A stretch of 32,000 bases of DNA from Erysipelotrichaceae bacterium. GTDB lineage: Bacteria; Bacillota_I; Bacilli_A; Erysipelotrichales; Erysipelotrichaceae. Where the stretch lies: NCBI GenBank assembly GCA_963663995.1, contig OY760660.1, forward strand, positions 1,680,001 to 1,712,000. Direction: 5' to 3'. Positions 1 through 8,556 of the stretch are shown one piece after another. How positions within the stretch are numbered: the first letter of the stretch is position 1; each line of letters opens with the position of its first letter. The notes below the pieces were generated by a model. It was not told where the DNA came from. It saw only the letters and a program-made list of their open reading frames with translations, and searched no databases. Made by a program: the position numbers and the translations under genes.

Positions 1-27
1 TTACACTACACTAGAGGGTAGTTTTCA

Positions 28-549
28 TTATTTAGACGAAAATTTGTCTTTTAAATACAATAATTGTTTTTGAGCAATGCTTTTTATAGTACTTTCTTTC
101 ATATTCAATTTTGCAGCAATTTCTCTAAAGCTAATGTCAAAACGGAATCTTGCGACAAGTATCGTTTTATCGGGCTCGCCTAGTTTATTGATTTCTTCAA
201 ATATTGTATCAACTGTTGATGAATCTAAAATATTTGATTCAAGATCACCGGTATCTTCTATATTGTTGAAAATATAATCATCATTATATTTAAGAGTATC
301 TTCTGATTGATGTTGTTTATAGTAAGAAGCTAAGTGATGATTCGCAATGGTTTTTAAATAAGCACTTGGATGTTCAATGGGTGAATCTGATTTTAACCAA
401 TGTTTGTAAAAGTCGTAGAAGACATCCTGTACAATATCTTGAGCATCAGTTACGGAAGCGCATTTGAAAAGAACGTGCTTTGAAATAATCTCAAAGTTTG
501 CATGATAGATCGCTTCAAATGCTTCATTTTGTTTCTTCATATTCTTCAT
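28..549 (-). CDS. ECF-type (group 4) sigma-70 family RNA polymerase sigma factor
   Basis: 173-aa ORF. It has a region-2-like segment (DAQDIVQDVFYDFYKHW) and a C-terminal region-4 HTH (ISFREIAAKLNMKESTIKSIAQKQLLYLK). The size is typical of ECF sigma factors. No clear SD was seen, so the start could be ATG 549 or ATG 540. Confidence 0.8.
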   Translation of the reverse strand: MKNMKKQNEAFEAIYHANFEIISKHVLFKCASVTDAQDIVQDVFYDFYKHWLKSDSPIEHPSAYLKTIANHHLASYYKQHQSEDTLKYNDDYIFNNIEDTGDLESNILDSSTVDTIFEEINKLGEPDKTILVARFRFDISFREIAAKLNMKESTIKSIAQKQLLYLKDKFSSK

Positions 550-1024
550 CTTAACAGGTTTTTATTTCTCAATTGTTACAAAGTACTTTATAAGTAAAAT
601 ATACCTATTTTATTAAAAAAATACCATTATATCAAAAAGATATAGGTCTATATAAAAGAAGTATAGTGAAAATAAATTCAAGACAAACTGTTATATATTT
701 AAAAGATATCGAAGTAAATTTCATTTTATTGTAGATAATTAGAAATTAAAAAGCTAATTCATCAAAAATATTTTAAATAATGTTGGGAAATATGAAAAAA
801 ATTTGAATTTTTAATAAAAAATCGATTGTTATAAAAATAAATATTCTCACATTGTTTCATAATGATGAAAATATTTCATTCGACACCTTAAAACGCGTAT
901 TTTTCTGTGTACATCTATCTTTAACCTTGGTACACTGTTACAAATATCAAGCATTTTTACCATAACTTTATTGAGCTAAAGTGTGCGTTGGTATCTAATT
1001 TAACAAACTAAGGAGATAGTATCT

Positions 1025-4000
1025 ATGAGTCAAACTTATGGTGTGCCTTCAAAGCAGGGCATGTATGATCCCGTTCTAGAGAAAGATAATTGTGGTGTTG
1101 GCTTTATTGCCCATATGAAGGGAAAAAAGTCACATGATATCGTTCAACAAGGGATTCAAATTTTAGCGAATCTTCATCACCGTGGTGCTGTTGGCGCGGA
1201 TCCATTAACAGGTGATGGGGCTGGTTTATTAATACAAGTGCCACACAAATTTCTAGCTAAGAAAGTTAAAGAATGTGGTTTTGAATTACCTGCTGCAGGA
1301 GAATATGGAGTGGGTATGCTTTATCTACCACAAGAACCCAATGCGCGTAATTTTTGTGAAGGTGTTTGTGAAAAAGTCATCGCTAATGAGGGATTAAGTC
1401 TTCTAGGTTGGCGTATTGTTCCTCAAAATGTTGACGCATGTGGGACGGTTGCGGGTGGAACTAGACCCGTAGTCGAACAATTGTTCATTGCCAAGGGTGA
1501 TTTAGATGATAAAGCTTTTGAAAGAAAGTTATATGTCGTACGTAAGCAAATTGAAAAAGCAATCAATGATGCAGATCGTACGTATACAGAAAGTTTCTAT
1601 GTCTGTAGTTTATCTTCAAAAACATTAATTTATAAAGGTCAACTTTTAGCCTTCCAAATTCCTGAATTCTATCCTGATTTAGGTGATAAAGATATGGAAA
1701 GTGCGATTGCCTTAGTTCACCAAAGATACTCAACAAATACATTCCCATCTTGGGAAAGATCTCAACCATTTAGATATTTAGCTCACAATGGTGAAATTAA
1801 TACATTACGTGGAAATATCAATTGGATGAATGCCCGTGAAGGTGTTATTGAGTCTGAAGCTTTTGGGGATGACTTATATAAAGTTTATCCTGTTATCGAA
1901 GAAAATAATTCTGACTCAGCGAACTTAGATAATGTCTTAGAATTATTACTAGCGAGTGGTAAATCATTAGCACATGCGATTAGTATGCTTATACCAGAAG
2001 CTTGGCAAGAACATGAAAATATGTCAGAAGATAAAAAAGGTTTCTATGAATATCATGCGGGTTTAATGGAACCATGGGATGGTCCGGCAGCGGTTGCTTT
2101 TAGTGATGGTGTACAAGTTGGTGCAACACTAGATAGAAATGGTTTGCGTCCAGCACGTTATGCAGTCACTAAAGATGATGTCGTTGTTATGGCGTCAGAA
2201 ACGGGTGTTATTCCTTTCCCAACGGACTCAATTATTAAAAAAGGTCGTTTACAACCAGGTAAAATGTTCTTAATTGATACAGTCGAAGGACGTATTATTT
2301 CAGATGAAGAAATTAAAGAACAACTCGCTACAGCGAAACCTTACAAAGAATGGGTTGAGAGAAATAAAGTTACTTTAGATGATTTAGCAGGTGTTAAAGA
2401 TCATATTCGTTTAGATGATACCATGCTTCAAAACTTCCAAAATATCTTTGGCTATTCAGAAGAAGAACTTAAAAAGATTATTGCACCTATGGCAGTGGAT
2501 GGTTCTGAAGCCATTGGTTCAATGGGGAATGATGCAGCTTTAGCTGTATTATCTGAACAACCTCAAGTTCTATATTCATACTTCAAACAATTATTTGCTC
2601 AAGTTACGAATCCTCCAATTGATCCAATTAGAGAAAAATTAGTTATGAGTAATATTCAATTATTGGGTGATCGTGGTAGTTTCTTAGGAGAACTCGATGA
2701 AACAAAAGACATTAATTTCATTGAATTAAAACAACCAATTTTAACGAATGTTGAATTAGAAAAATTAGCAGCTGTTCGTTTAAAAGATTTTAGATCGATT
2801 AAATTCCCAACCATTTTCAATGTTAATGAAGGTGGTAAAGGTTTAGAGTATGCTTTAGAAAATCTAAACACTCAAGTCGAGGATGCTGTAATTGAAGGTT
2901 ACAACATGATTATCTTAAGTGATAGAGCGGTTGAGAAAAACTCTGCAGCGATTCCAATGTTGTTGGCAGCTTCAAGTGTTCATCACTACTTAATTGATAA
3001 AAAACTACGTACTAAAGTAGACATTATCGTTGAAACAGCTGATGCGAGAGATGTTATGCATATGGCACTTCTTGTTGGTTATGGTGTTGATGCGATTAAC
3101 CCTTACTTAGCATTTGATACAATTGAAAAACTTGTTGAAGATAACCTTTATATCTATAACGAAGAAATGACGGTTAAACAAGCACATAAAAACTATATTA
3201 AAGCGATTGATAAAGGCTTGCTCAAGATTTTCTCGAAGATGGGTATTGGAACTTTACAATCCTATCATGGTGCTCAAATTTTTGAAGCAGTTGGTTTAAA
3301 TTCAGAAATTATTAAAAAATACTTCGCGGGAACTGTATCCCGTGTTGAAGGGGTTGGACTTGATGTATTAGCTGAAGAAGTCGCAATGCGTCACAAAGCA
3401 GCTTACAATATCAACAATCCATACATTGGTTTAATTGAAGGTGGATCTCACCAATACCGTAGAGGAAGTGAAAATCATCTTTTCAATCCTGATACGATTC
3501 ATTTACTCCAACACTCATGTCGCACAAATGACTATAAACTCTTTAAAGATTATTCATCCATTATTAATAATCAAGCCGCTCATTTAAATACCATTCGTGG
3601 TTTATTAAAATTCAAAGAACGTCCAAGTATTTCGATTGATGAAGTTGAACCAATTGAAAAAATCTTACCTCGTTTTGCGACAGGGGCAATGAGTTTTGGT
3701 TCATTGTCTAAAGAAGCTCATGAAAACTTAGCGAAAGCAATGAACATGATTGGTGGTAAATCCAATTCAGGTGAAGGTGGCGAATCAGTTGAACGTTACT
3801 ATAACGATGCGACAAGATCTTCAATCAAACAAGTTGCTTCAGGACGTTTTGGGGTCACTACAGAATACTTAGTAAATTGTACAGAACTTCAAATCAAAAT
3901 GGCGCAGGGCGCGAAGGCTGGTGAAGGTGGCCACTTACCAGGTCACAAAGTATCTGAAGATATCGCAAAAGTTAGACATTCAACGCCTGGTATCTCTTTG

Positions 4001-5542
4001 ATTTCTCCTCCACCTCATCATGATATTTATTCGATTGAGGACTTAGCTCAACTTATTTACGACTTAAAGAATGTGAATGAAAAAGCACGTATCAACGTTA
4101 AGCTTGTTTCTGAAGCAGGGGTAGGAACCGTTGCTGCAGGGGTAAGTAAAGCGCATGCTGATGTCGTACTCATTGCTGGTCATGATGGTGGAACTGGAGC
4201 ATCTCCAATTAGTTCTATTAAATATGCTGGGCTCCCTTGGGAACTTGGTTTAGCAGAAACACAACAAACATTATTATTAAATGATTTACGTAGCCGTATT
4301 GTTGTTCAAACAGATGGTCAATTAAAAACCGGACGTGACGTTGCAATTGCCTGTTTACTTGGTGCAGAAGAGTTTGGATTTGCGACTGCCCCACTTGTTG
4401 TATCAGGATGTATCATGATGCGTAAGTGTCAAAAGAATACTTGTCCTGTCGGTGTTGCGACACAAGATCCAGAACTTAGAAAACACTTTAAAGGTAAACC
4501 TGAACATGTTGTTAACTTCTTTACTTTCATTGCGAGTGAACTTCGCGAAATTATGGCTCAACTTGGTTTCAGAACCATTGATGAAATGATTGGTCGTGTT
4601 GATTGCTTAGAACCTAATAAAGAAATTCTAAACTGGAAAACTAAAGGCATCAATTTTGATTCAATTCTTTACAAACCAGAATTACCTTCACGTATTGAAA
4701 GCAAAAATACAATGAAACAAGACCATGCCTTAGATGAAATCTTTGACAGAACACTTATCAAAGATGCGAAAGATGCGATTGAAAATGGTAAAAAAGTTTC
4801 TAAGACCTATGATATTAGAAATATCCACAGAACGGTGGGGACAATGTTAGCCGGTGAAATCACTCGTGTTAACAAATCCAATACTTTAGAAGAAGACAGC
4901 ATTCACTACAAATTTAATGGTAGTGCTGGTCAATCCTTCTCAGCCTTTGGCGTTAAAGGTATGACATTCGAACTCGAAGGTGATGCCAATGACTACATGG
5001 GTAAAGGTTTATCTGGTGGTAAAATCATCGTTTATCCACCAAAGAATGCTACTTATAAAGCTGAAGAAAATATCATTGTTGGTAATACATTACTTTATGG
5101 AGCAACTTCAGGTGAAGTTTATATCAACGGTATTGCAGGTGAACGTTTCGCTGTTCGTAACTCAGGTGTTGATGCAGTGGTTGAAGGTACAGGAGACCAT
5201 GGTTGTGAATATATGACTGGTGGTACAGCAGTTGTTTTAGGACAAACTGGACGTAACTTCGGTGCTGGTATGAGTGGTGGTCAAGCTTTCGTCTTAGATG
5301 AAGCAGGTGACTTTGTTGAGAAACACTTAAACACACAAATTGTCTTAAATTTACCTTTAGAAGGTAGTGAAGTTGACCATGTTAAATCTATGATTGAAAA
5401 ACATGTTGAATATACAAACAGCCCTAAAGCAACAGAAATTCTTAAGAATTTTGACAAGTATATTCCAAAATTTGTTCGTGTTATCGCACCAGAATATAAA
5501 GAAATTTTAGATAAAAAAGCAGCTGAAGCTGCTGGGAAATAG
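1025..5542 (+). CDS. gltB: Glutamate synthase large subunit (NADPH-GOGAT alpha chain)
   Basis: 1505-aa ORF. A short propeptide precedes the Ntn-amidotransferase catalytic Cys (…EKDNCGVGFIAH). The FMN/Fe-S central domain (…CIMMRKCQKNTCPVGVATQDP) and the C-terminal beta-helix GXXG repeats (GDHGCEYMTGG) are present. AGGAG RBS at 1011-1015. Confidence 0.97.
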   Translation: MSQTYGVPSKQGMYDPVLEKDNCGVGFIAHMKGKKSHDIVQQGIQILANLHHRGAVGADPLTGDGAGLLIQVPHKFLAKKVKECGFELPAAGEYGVGMLYLPQEPNARNFCEGVCEKVIANEGLSLLGWRIVPQNVDACGTVAGGTRPVVEQLFIAKGDLDDKAFERKLYVVRKQIEKAINDADRTYTESFYVCSLSSKTLIYKGQLLAFQIPEFYPDLGDKDMESAIALVHQRYSTNTFPSWERSQPFRYLAHNGEINTLRGNINWMNAREGVIESEAFGDDLYKVYPVIEENNSDSANLDNVLELLLASGKSLAHAISMLIPEAWQEHENMSEDKKGFYEYHAGLMEPWDGPAAVAFSDGVQVGATLDRNGLRPARYAVTKDDVVVMASETGVIPFPTDSIIKKGRLQPGKMFLIDTVEGRIISDEEIKEQLATAKPYKEWVERNKVTLDDLAGVKDHIRLDDTMLQNFQNIFGYSEEELKKIIAPMAVDGSEAIGSMGNDAALAVLSEQPQVLYSYFKQLFAQVTNPPIDPIREKLVMSNIQLLGDRGSFLGELDETKDINFIELKQPILTNVELEKLAAVRLKDFRSIKFPTIFNVNEGGKGLEYALENLNTQVEDAVIEGYNMIILSDRAVEKNSAAIPMLLAASSVHHYLIDKKLRTKVDIIVETADARDVMHMALLVGYGVDAINPYLAFDTIEKLVEDNLYIYNEEMTVKQAHKNYIKAIDKGLLKIFSKMGIGTLQSYHGAQIFEAVGLNSEIIKKYFAGTVSRVEGVGLDVLAEEVAMRHKAAYNINNPYIGLIEGGSHQYRRGSENHLFNPDTIHLLQHSCRTNDYKLFKDYSSIINNQAAHLNTIRGLLKFKERPSISIDEVEPIEKILPRFATGAMSFGSLSKEAHENLAKAMNMIGGKSNSGEGGESVERYYNDATRSSIKQVASGRFGVTTEYLVNCTELQIKMAQGAKAGEGGHLPGHKVSEDIAKVRHSTPGISLISPPPHHDIYSIEDLAQLIYDLKNVNEKARINVKLVSEAGVGTVAAGVSKAHADVVLIAGHDGGTGASPISSIKYAGLPWELGLAETQQTLLLNDLRSRIVVQTDGQLKTGRDVAIACLLGAEEFGFATAPLVVSGCIMMRKCQKNTCPVGVATQDPELRKHFKGKPEHVVNFFTFIASELREIMAQLGFRTIDEMIGRVDCLEPNKEILNWKTKGINFDSILYKPELPSRIESKNTMKQDHALDEIFDRTLIKDAKDAIENGKKVSKTYDIRNIHRTVGTMLAGEITRVNKSNTLEEDSIHYKFNGSAGQSFSAFGVKGMTFELEGDANDYMGKGLSGGKIIVYPPKNATYKAEENIIVGNTLLYGATSGEVYINGIAGERFAVRNSGVDAVVEGTGDHGCEYMTGGTAVVLGQTGRNFGAGMSGGQAFVLDEAGDFVEKHLNTQIVLNLPLEGSEVDHVKSMIEKHVEYTNSPKATEILKNFDKYIPKFVRVIAPEYKEILDKKAAEAAGK

Positions 5543-5551
5543 GAGGACATC

Positions 5552-7021
5552 ATGGGTAAAGTTACAGGATTTAAAGAAATAGCTCGTAAAAATGGCGATT
5601 ATTATGATCCCAAAAAACGTGTCCTTGATTGGAATGATATCTATATCCCACAGAATGAAGAAGGTATAAAGAATCAAGCAGCTCGTTGTATGGATTGTGG
5701 TGTGCCATTCTGTCATAGCAATTGTCCATTAGGAAACATTATTCCTGATTTCAACGATTTAGTTTATAACGATCAATGGAAAAAAGCTTTAGAAGTGCTA
5801 CATACAACCAATAACTTCCCAGAGTTTACAGGCAAAATCTGCCCTGCCTTATGTGAGGGTGGATGTGTCTTAGGTTTGATTGCGGATCCAGTTGCGATTG
5901 AAGATATTGAACTAGCTATCGCAGAAAAAGGTTGGAAGGAAGGTTGGATTTTACCTCAGCCTCCACGTATTAAGACCGGTAAAAAAGTAGCGATTGTTGG
6001 ATCGGGTCCTGCTGGTATGGCAGTTGCTCAACAATTAGCACGTGCGGGACATGATGTTACGCTATTTGAAAGAAATGAGAATGTTGGTGGAGCGATGCGT
6101 TATGGTATCCCAGTGTATAAACTTCCTAAATCATTTATCGATCGTCGAGTAGATCAAATGAAAGCAGAAGGTGTTGTAGTAAAGTGCAATACCAATGTAG
6201 GAGTAGATATCACTAAAGATGAACTACTTGCTCAATTTGATGCGATTGGTTTAACAGGCGGATCAACTGAACCTCGTGATCTAACCATTAGTGGTCGTGA
6301 ATTAAATGGTTTACACTTTGCGACAGATTTCTTAAAAGAAGCTAATAGTGTTAACACTGGTGAAAAAAATACTGATTATGCGATTACTGCAAAAGGTAAA
6401 AAAGTGGTTGTTATCGGTGGTGGAGATACCGGTTCTGACTGTATCGGAACATCACTTCGTCAAGGTGCCATTGATGTCACACAATTAGAGGTTTTACCAA
6501 TGCCTCCAAAAGAAAGAGACAACTCACAACCTTGGCCAGTATTCCCAAGATTATATAAAACAAGTTCATCACATAAAGAAGCTATGGCGACTTTAGATCA
6601 TGATGTACGATTATTCTCGATTGGGACAAAAGAGTTCCTCAATGATGGAAACGGAAATCTTAAAGGATTGAAATGCGTTAAGCTAGATTGGATTACACCT
6701 GAGGGTGGAGGTCGTCCACAAATGGTTGAAATCGAAGGCACTGAATTCATTATTGAAGCAGAACTTTGCTTATTCGCAATGGGTTTCTTACATCCAGAAC
6801 ATACGGGATTACTCGATGACTTAGGTGTTGATTATGATCCTCGTGGAAATGTTTCAACTGATAAGTCTTATAAGACAAAAGCTGAAAAGGTATTCGCAGC
6901 TGGTGATATGAGAAGAGGTCAATCTCTTGTTGTTCACGCAATTGCAGATGGACGTAAACTTGCTAAAGATGTCGATGAATTCCTAATGGGTACAAGTTAC
7001 TTAAGAAGTTCACTCGGTTAA
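5552..7021 (+). CDS. gltD: Glutamate synthase small subunit (NADPH-dependent, GltD)
   Basis: 489 aa. It has N-terminal Cys clusters (CMDCGVPFCH…CPLGN; CPALCEGGC) and two dinucleotide folds (VAIVGSGPAGMAVAQQLARAG; VVVIGGGDTGSDC). AGGAGGA RBS lies 9 nt after the gltB stop. Confidence 0.95.
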   Translation: MGKVTGFKEIARKNGDYYDPKKRVLDWNDIYIPQNEEGIKNQAARCMDCGVPFCHSNCPLGNIIPDFNDLVYNDQWKKALEVLHTTNNFPEFTGKICPALCEGGCVLGLIADPVAIEDIELAIAEKGWKEGWILPQPPRIKTGKKVAIVGSGPAGMAVAQQLARAGHDVTLFERNENVGGAMRYGIPVYKLPKSFIDRRVDQMKAEGVVVKCNTNVGVDITKDELLAQFDAIGLTGGSTEPRDLTISGRELNGLHFATDFLKEANSVNTGEKNTDYAITAKGKKVVVIGGGDTGSDCIGTSLRQGAIDVTQLEVLPMPPKERDNSQPWPVFPRLYKTSSSHKEAMATLDHDVRLFSIGTKEFLNDGNGNLKGLKCVKLDWITPEGGGRPQMVEIEGTEFIIEAELCLFAMGFLHPEHTGLLDDLGVDYDPRGNVSTDKSYKTKAEKVFAAGDMRRGQSLVVHAIADGRKLAKDVDEFLMGTSYLRSSLG

Positions 7022-7034
7022 TTTTATTAACAAT

Positions 7035-7073
7035 GACCTCAATTCTATTCAGTAGTTATTGAGGTCTTTTTTT
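7035..7073 (+). terminator. Rho-independent terminator of gltBD
   Basis: Perfect 9-bp stem GACCTCAAT (7035-7043) / ATTGAGGTC (7058-7066), followed by T7 (7067-7073). It starts 14 nt after the gltD stop. Confidence 0.8.
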
Positions 7074-7082
7074 AGGTTTCAA

Positions 7083-7145
7083 TTGTAATAACCCTGTATT
7101 CCAGGGTAAATACATATTGTAAAACCCTGGATAAGAGGGTATACT
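7083..7145 (+). promoter_or_regulatory. Duplicated promoter/operator unit upstream of the HTH-kinase pair
   Basis: There are two 17-bp inverted repeats of form ACCCT-N7-AGGGT (7091-7107 and 7124-7140), with centres 33 bp apart. Each is preceded by TTGTAA (7083-7088; 7117-7122). The second unit reads TTGTAA-N17-TATACT (7140-7145), a sigma-A-like promoter whose spacer is filled by the palindrome. The first reads TTGTAA-N18-TAAATA. Confidence 0.5.
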
Positions 7146-7161
7146 CTAGCTAGAGGTTAAT

Positions 7162-7716
7162 ATGAAAAACAATATGTTGTATGCAATTCAAGATAAAATA
7201 ACAGATGTTGAAATCAAAGAAATTAGAAAAAAATTAGGTTTAACACAGTATGAATTTTCTAGATTAGTAAATAGTGGTAAAAAAACTATAGAAGATTGGG
7301 AAGTGGAAGGAAGAGAAATAAAAGGTCCAATCGTTACCTTAGTGAAGATGTTGACAATGTATCCTCAGTTTGTTGAAGTTATAAAAGTAAATAAAAAACC
7401 ATATCATTTAAGATTATGGTACATGTATCGAAATGACGTTTGTTCAATTCTTGATATCGATGAAGTCAATAAAAATTTAATCGTCAAAAATTTTACTGAA
7501 GACAATGTTCGAAAGGCATTCGGGAAAATTGAAGTTCCAACATATAATGATTATGAATCATTTGTGGAAAGTCGTTGTTTTCCGAAATCAAGAGATAATC
7601 TAAAACTCTATTTGAAAGAGTTAGATCTTCCGTTTTATGATCCAATAATGATTATTGAAAAAACACAGGGTAGAATGGCGGATGATGATTTCTGGATAAA
7701 AATAGAAAGGTCATAA
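7162..7716 (+). CDS. XRE/HipB-like HTH protein with C-terminal HipA-N-terminal/HipS-like domain (putative antitoxin)
   Basis: 184 aa. The N-terminal XRE-type HTH reads IKEIRKKLGLTQYEFSRLVNSGKKTIEDWEVEG. The C-terminal ~110 aa follow the pattern of the HipA N-terminal (Couple_hipA) domain (FVESRCFPKSRDNLKLYLKELDL…DPIMIIEKTQGRMADDDFWIK; compare E. coli HipA FFDNLLPDS…FDLLSEIGRDSVGAV). The stop at 7714-7716 lies 2 nt before the kinase ATG. Confidence 0.6.
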   Translation: MKNNMLYAIQDKITDVEIKEIRKKLGLTQYEFSRLVNSGKKTIEDWEVEGREIKGPIVTLVKMLTMYPQFVEVIKVNKKPYHLRLWYMYRNDVCSILDIDEVNKNLIVKNFTEDNVRKAFGKIEVPTYNDYESFVESRCFPKSRDNLKLYLKELDLPFYDPIMIIEKTQGRMADDDFWIKIERS

Positions 7717-7718
7717 AT

Positions 7719-8540
7719 ATGGTGAGATTAGATAGAAATAATATTGTTGAAAACCAAATGAAGTCTTCTAAGGGTAATCAAATGAAATGGAAAGTAAATG
7801 GTTTTTGGTATAAAGCTGATTACACTGGTTACGAGGGATTTGCTGAAACTGTTATTTCAAAATTATTGTCATTCTCTAAATTAGGATCATTTAATTTTTT
7901 AGATTATACATCTGTAAAAATACAGTATGAAGATACAACGTTTATTGGTTGTAGTAGTGTAAATTTTCTTCCTGATGGTTGGCAACTAATCACATTGGAA
8001 AGACTTTTTAAGAGTTTGTATGGAGAAAATCTTTATCAAAGTATTTTCAAAATAGAATCTGAATATAATCGTGCCAAATTTATTGTTGATCAAACAATTA
8101 GAATGACTAATTTAGCGGATTTTGGGGAGTACCTTAGTGTTTTAATGACAATAGATGCATTTTTCCTAAATGAAGATAGACATACACATAATATAGCTGT
8201 TTTATTGGATGAAAAAGGTACTTATCATTATTGTCCTATCTTTGATAATGGTGCATCATTATTATCTGATACAACATTAGACTATCCTTTGGACAAGGAT
8301 ATTTATTCATTGATTAAGAAAGTAAAGGCAAAAACATTTAGCGCAGACTTTGATATTCAACTTGATGTTATTGAAGAACTCTATGGACAACATGTGATAT
8401 TTAAATTCAATAAACACGATGTTGACTATATAATTGATGAAAATATGTTTTACTCTAACGAGATAAAAAATAGAGTTAAAGATATTGTTTTTCAACAAAT
8501 GAGAAAATATCACTATCTATTTAAGACAGACAAAAATTAA
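7719..8540 (+). CDS. Minimal HipA_C-family Ser/Thr kinase (putative toxin)
   Basis: 273 aa. The Gly-rich/P-loop-like motif S-x2-G-x-Q-x-K (SSKGNQMKW, residues 16-24) lies almost at the N-terminus. The HipA catalytic loop FLNEDRHTHNIAV (D153, H155, N158) and the metal-binding PIFDNGASL (D176) are present. GAAAGG RBS at 7705-7710. Confidence 0.75.
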   Translation: MVRLDRNNIVENQMKSSKGNQMKWKVNGFWYKADYTGYEGFAETVISKLLSFSKLGSFNFLDYTSVKIQYEDTTFIGCSSVNFLPDGWQLITLERLFKSLYGENLYQSIFKIESEYNRAKFIVDQTIRMTNLADFGEYLSVLMTIDAFFLNEDRHTHNIAVLLDEKGTYHYCPIFDNGASLLSDTTLDYPLDKDIYSLIKKVKAKTFSADFDIQLDVIEELYGQHVIFKFNKHDVDYIIDENMFYSNEIKNRVKDIVFQQMRKYHYLFKTDKN

Positions 8541-8556
8541 AAGGGGGTCTTATTTT

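Noticed and set aside
1-28. Search for an anti-sigma factor gene immediately downstream of the ECF sigma factor.
   Set aside because: The ATG overlapping the sigma stop (TAATG at 26-30) opens only a 5-codon ORF (MKTTL, stop at 11-13). The window ends 27 nt past the gene, so no conclusion is possible.
77-277. Short ORF-track entries lying antisense to, or out of frame within, well-supported genes. Examples: 77-277, 1563-1769, 2656-2871, 4980-5216, 5124-5336, 5281-5553, 5507-5716, 6750-6941, 8307-8513, 8970-9272, 9686-9919, 10236-10451, 11659-11844, 13303-13646, 13977-14237, 14591-14776, 17037-17237, 20209-20403, 20474-20770, 24299-24499, 24624-24878, 25436-25735, 27130-27369, 27303-27542 and 30321-30566.
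   Set aside because: Each is fully embedded in a longer ORF with clear family motifs. They have low-complexity or skewed composition, no RBS and no recognisable motifs. They are expected by chance in AT-rich sequence.
550-1024. TnrA/GlnR box (TGTNA-N7-TNACA), a glutamine-type riboswitch or a T-box upstream of gltB.
   Set aside because: Several TGT…ACA-like strings were inspected (for example 571-590, 828-852 and 907-945). None fits the consensus spacing or half-sites, and no conserved structured-RNA features were recognisable by eye.
7074-8556. The HipA-like module as part of a mobile element or prophage remnant.
   Set aside because: There is no integrase, transposase or recombinase gene, and I could find no flanking direct or inverted repeats at the borders. 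Only the lower GC hints at horizontal origin.
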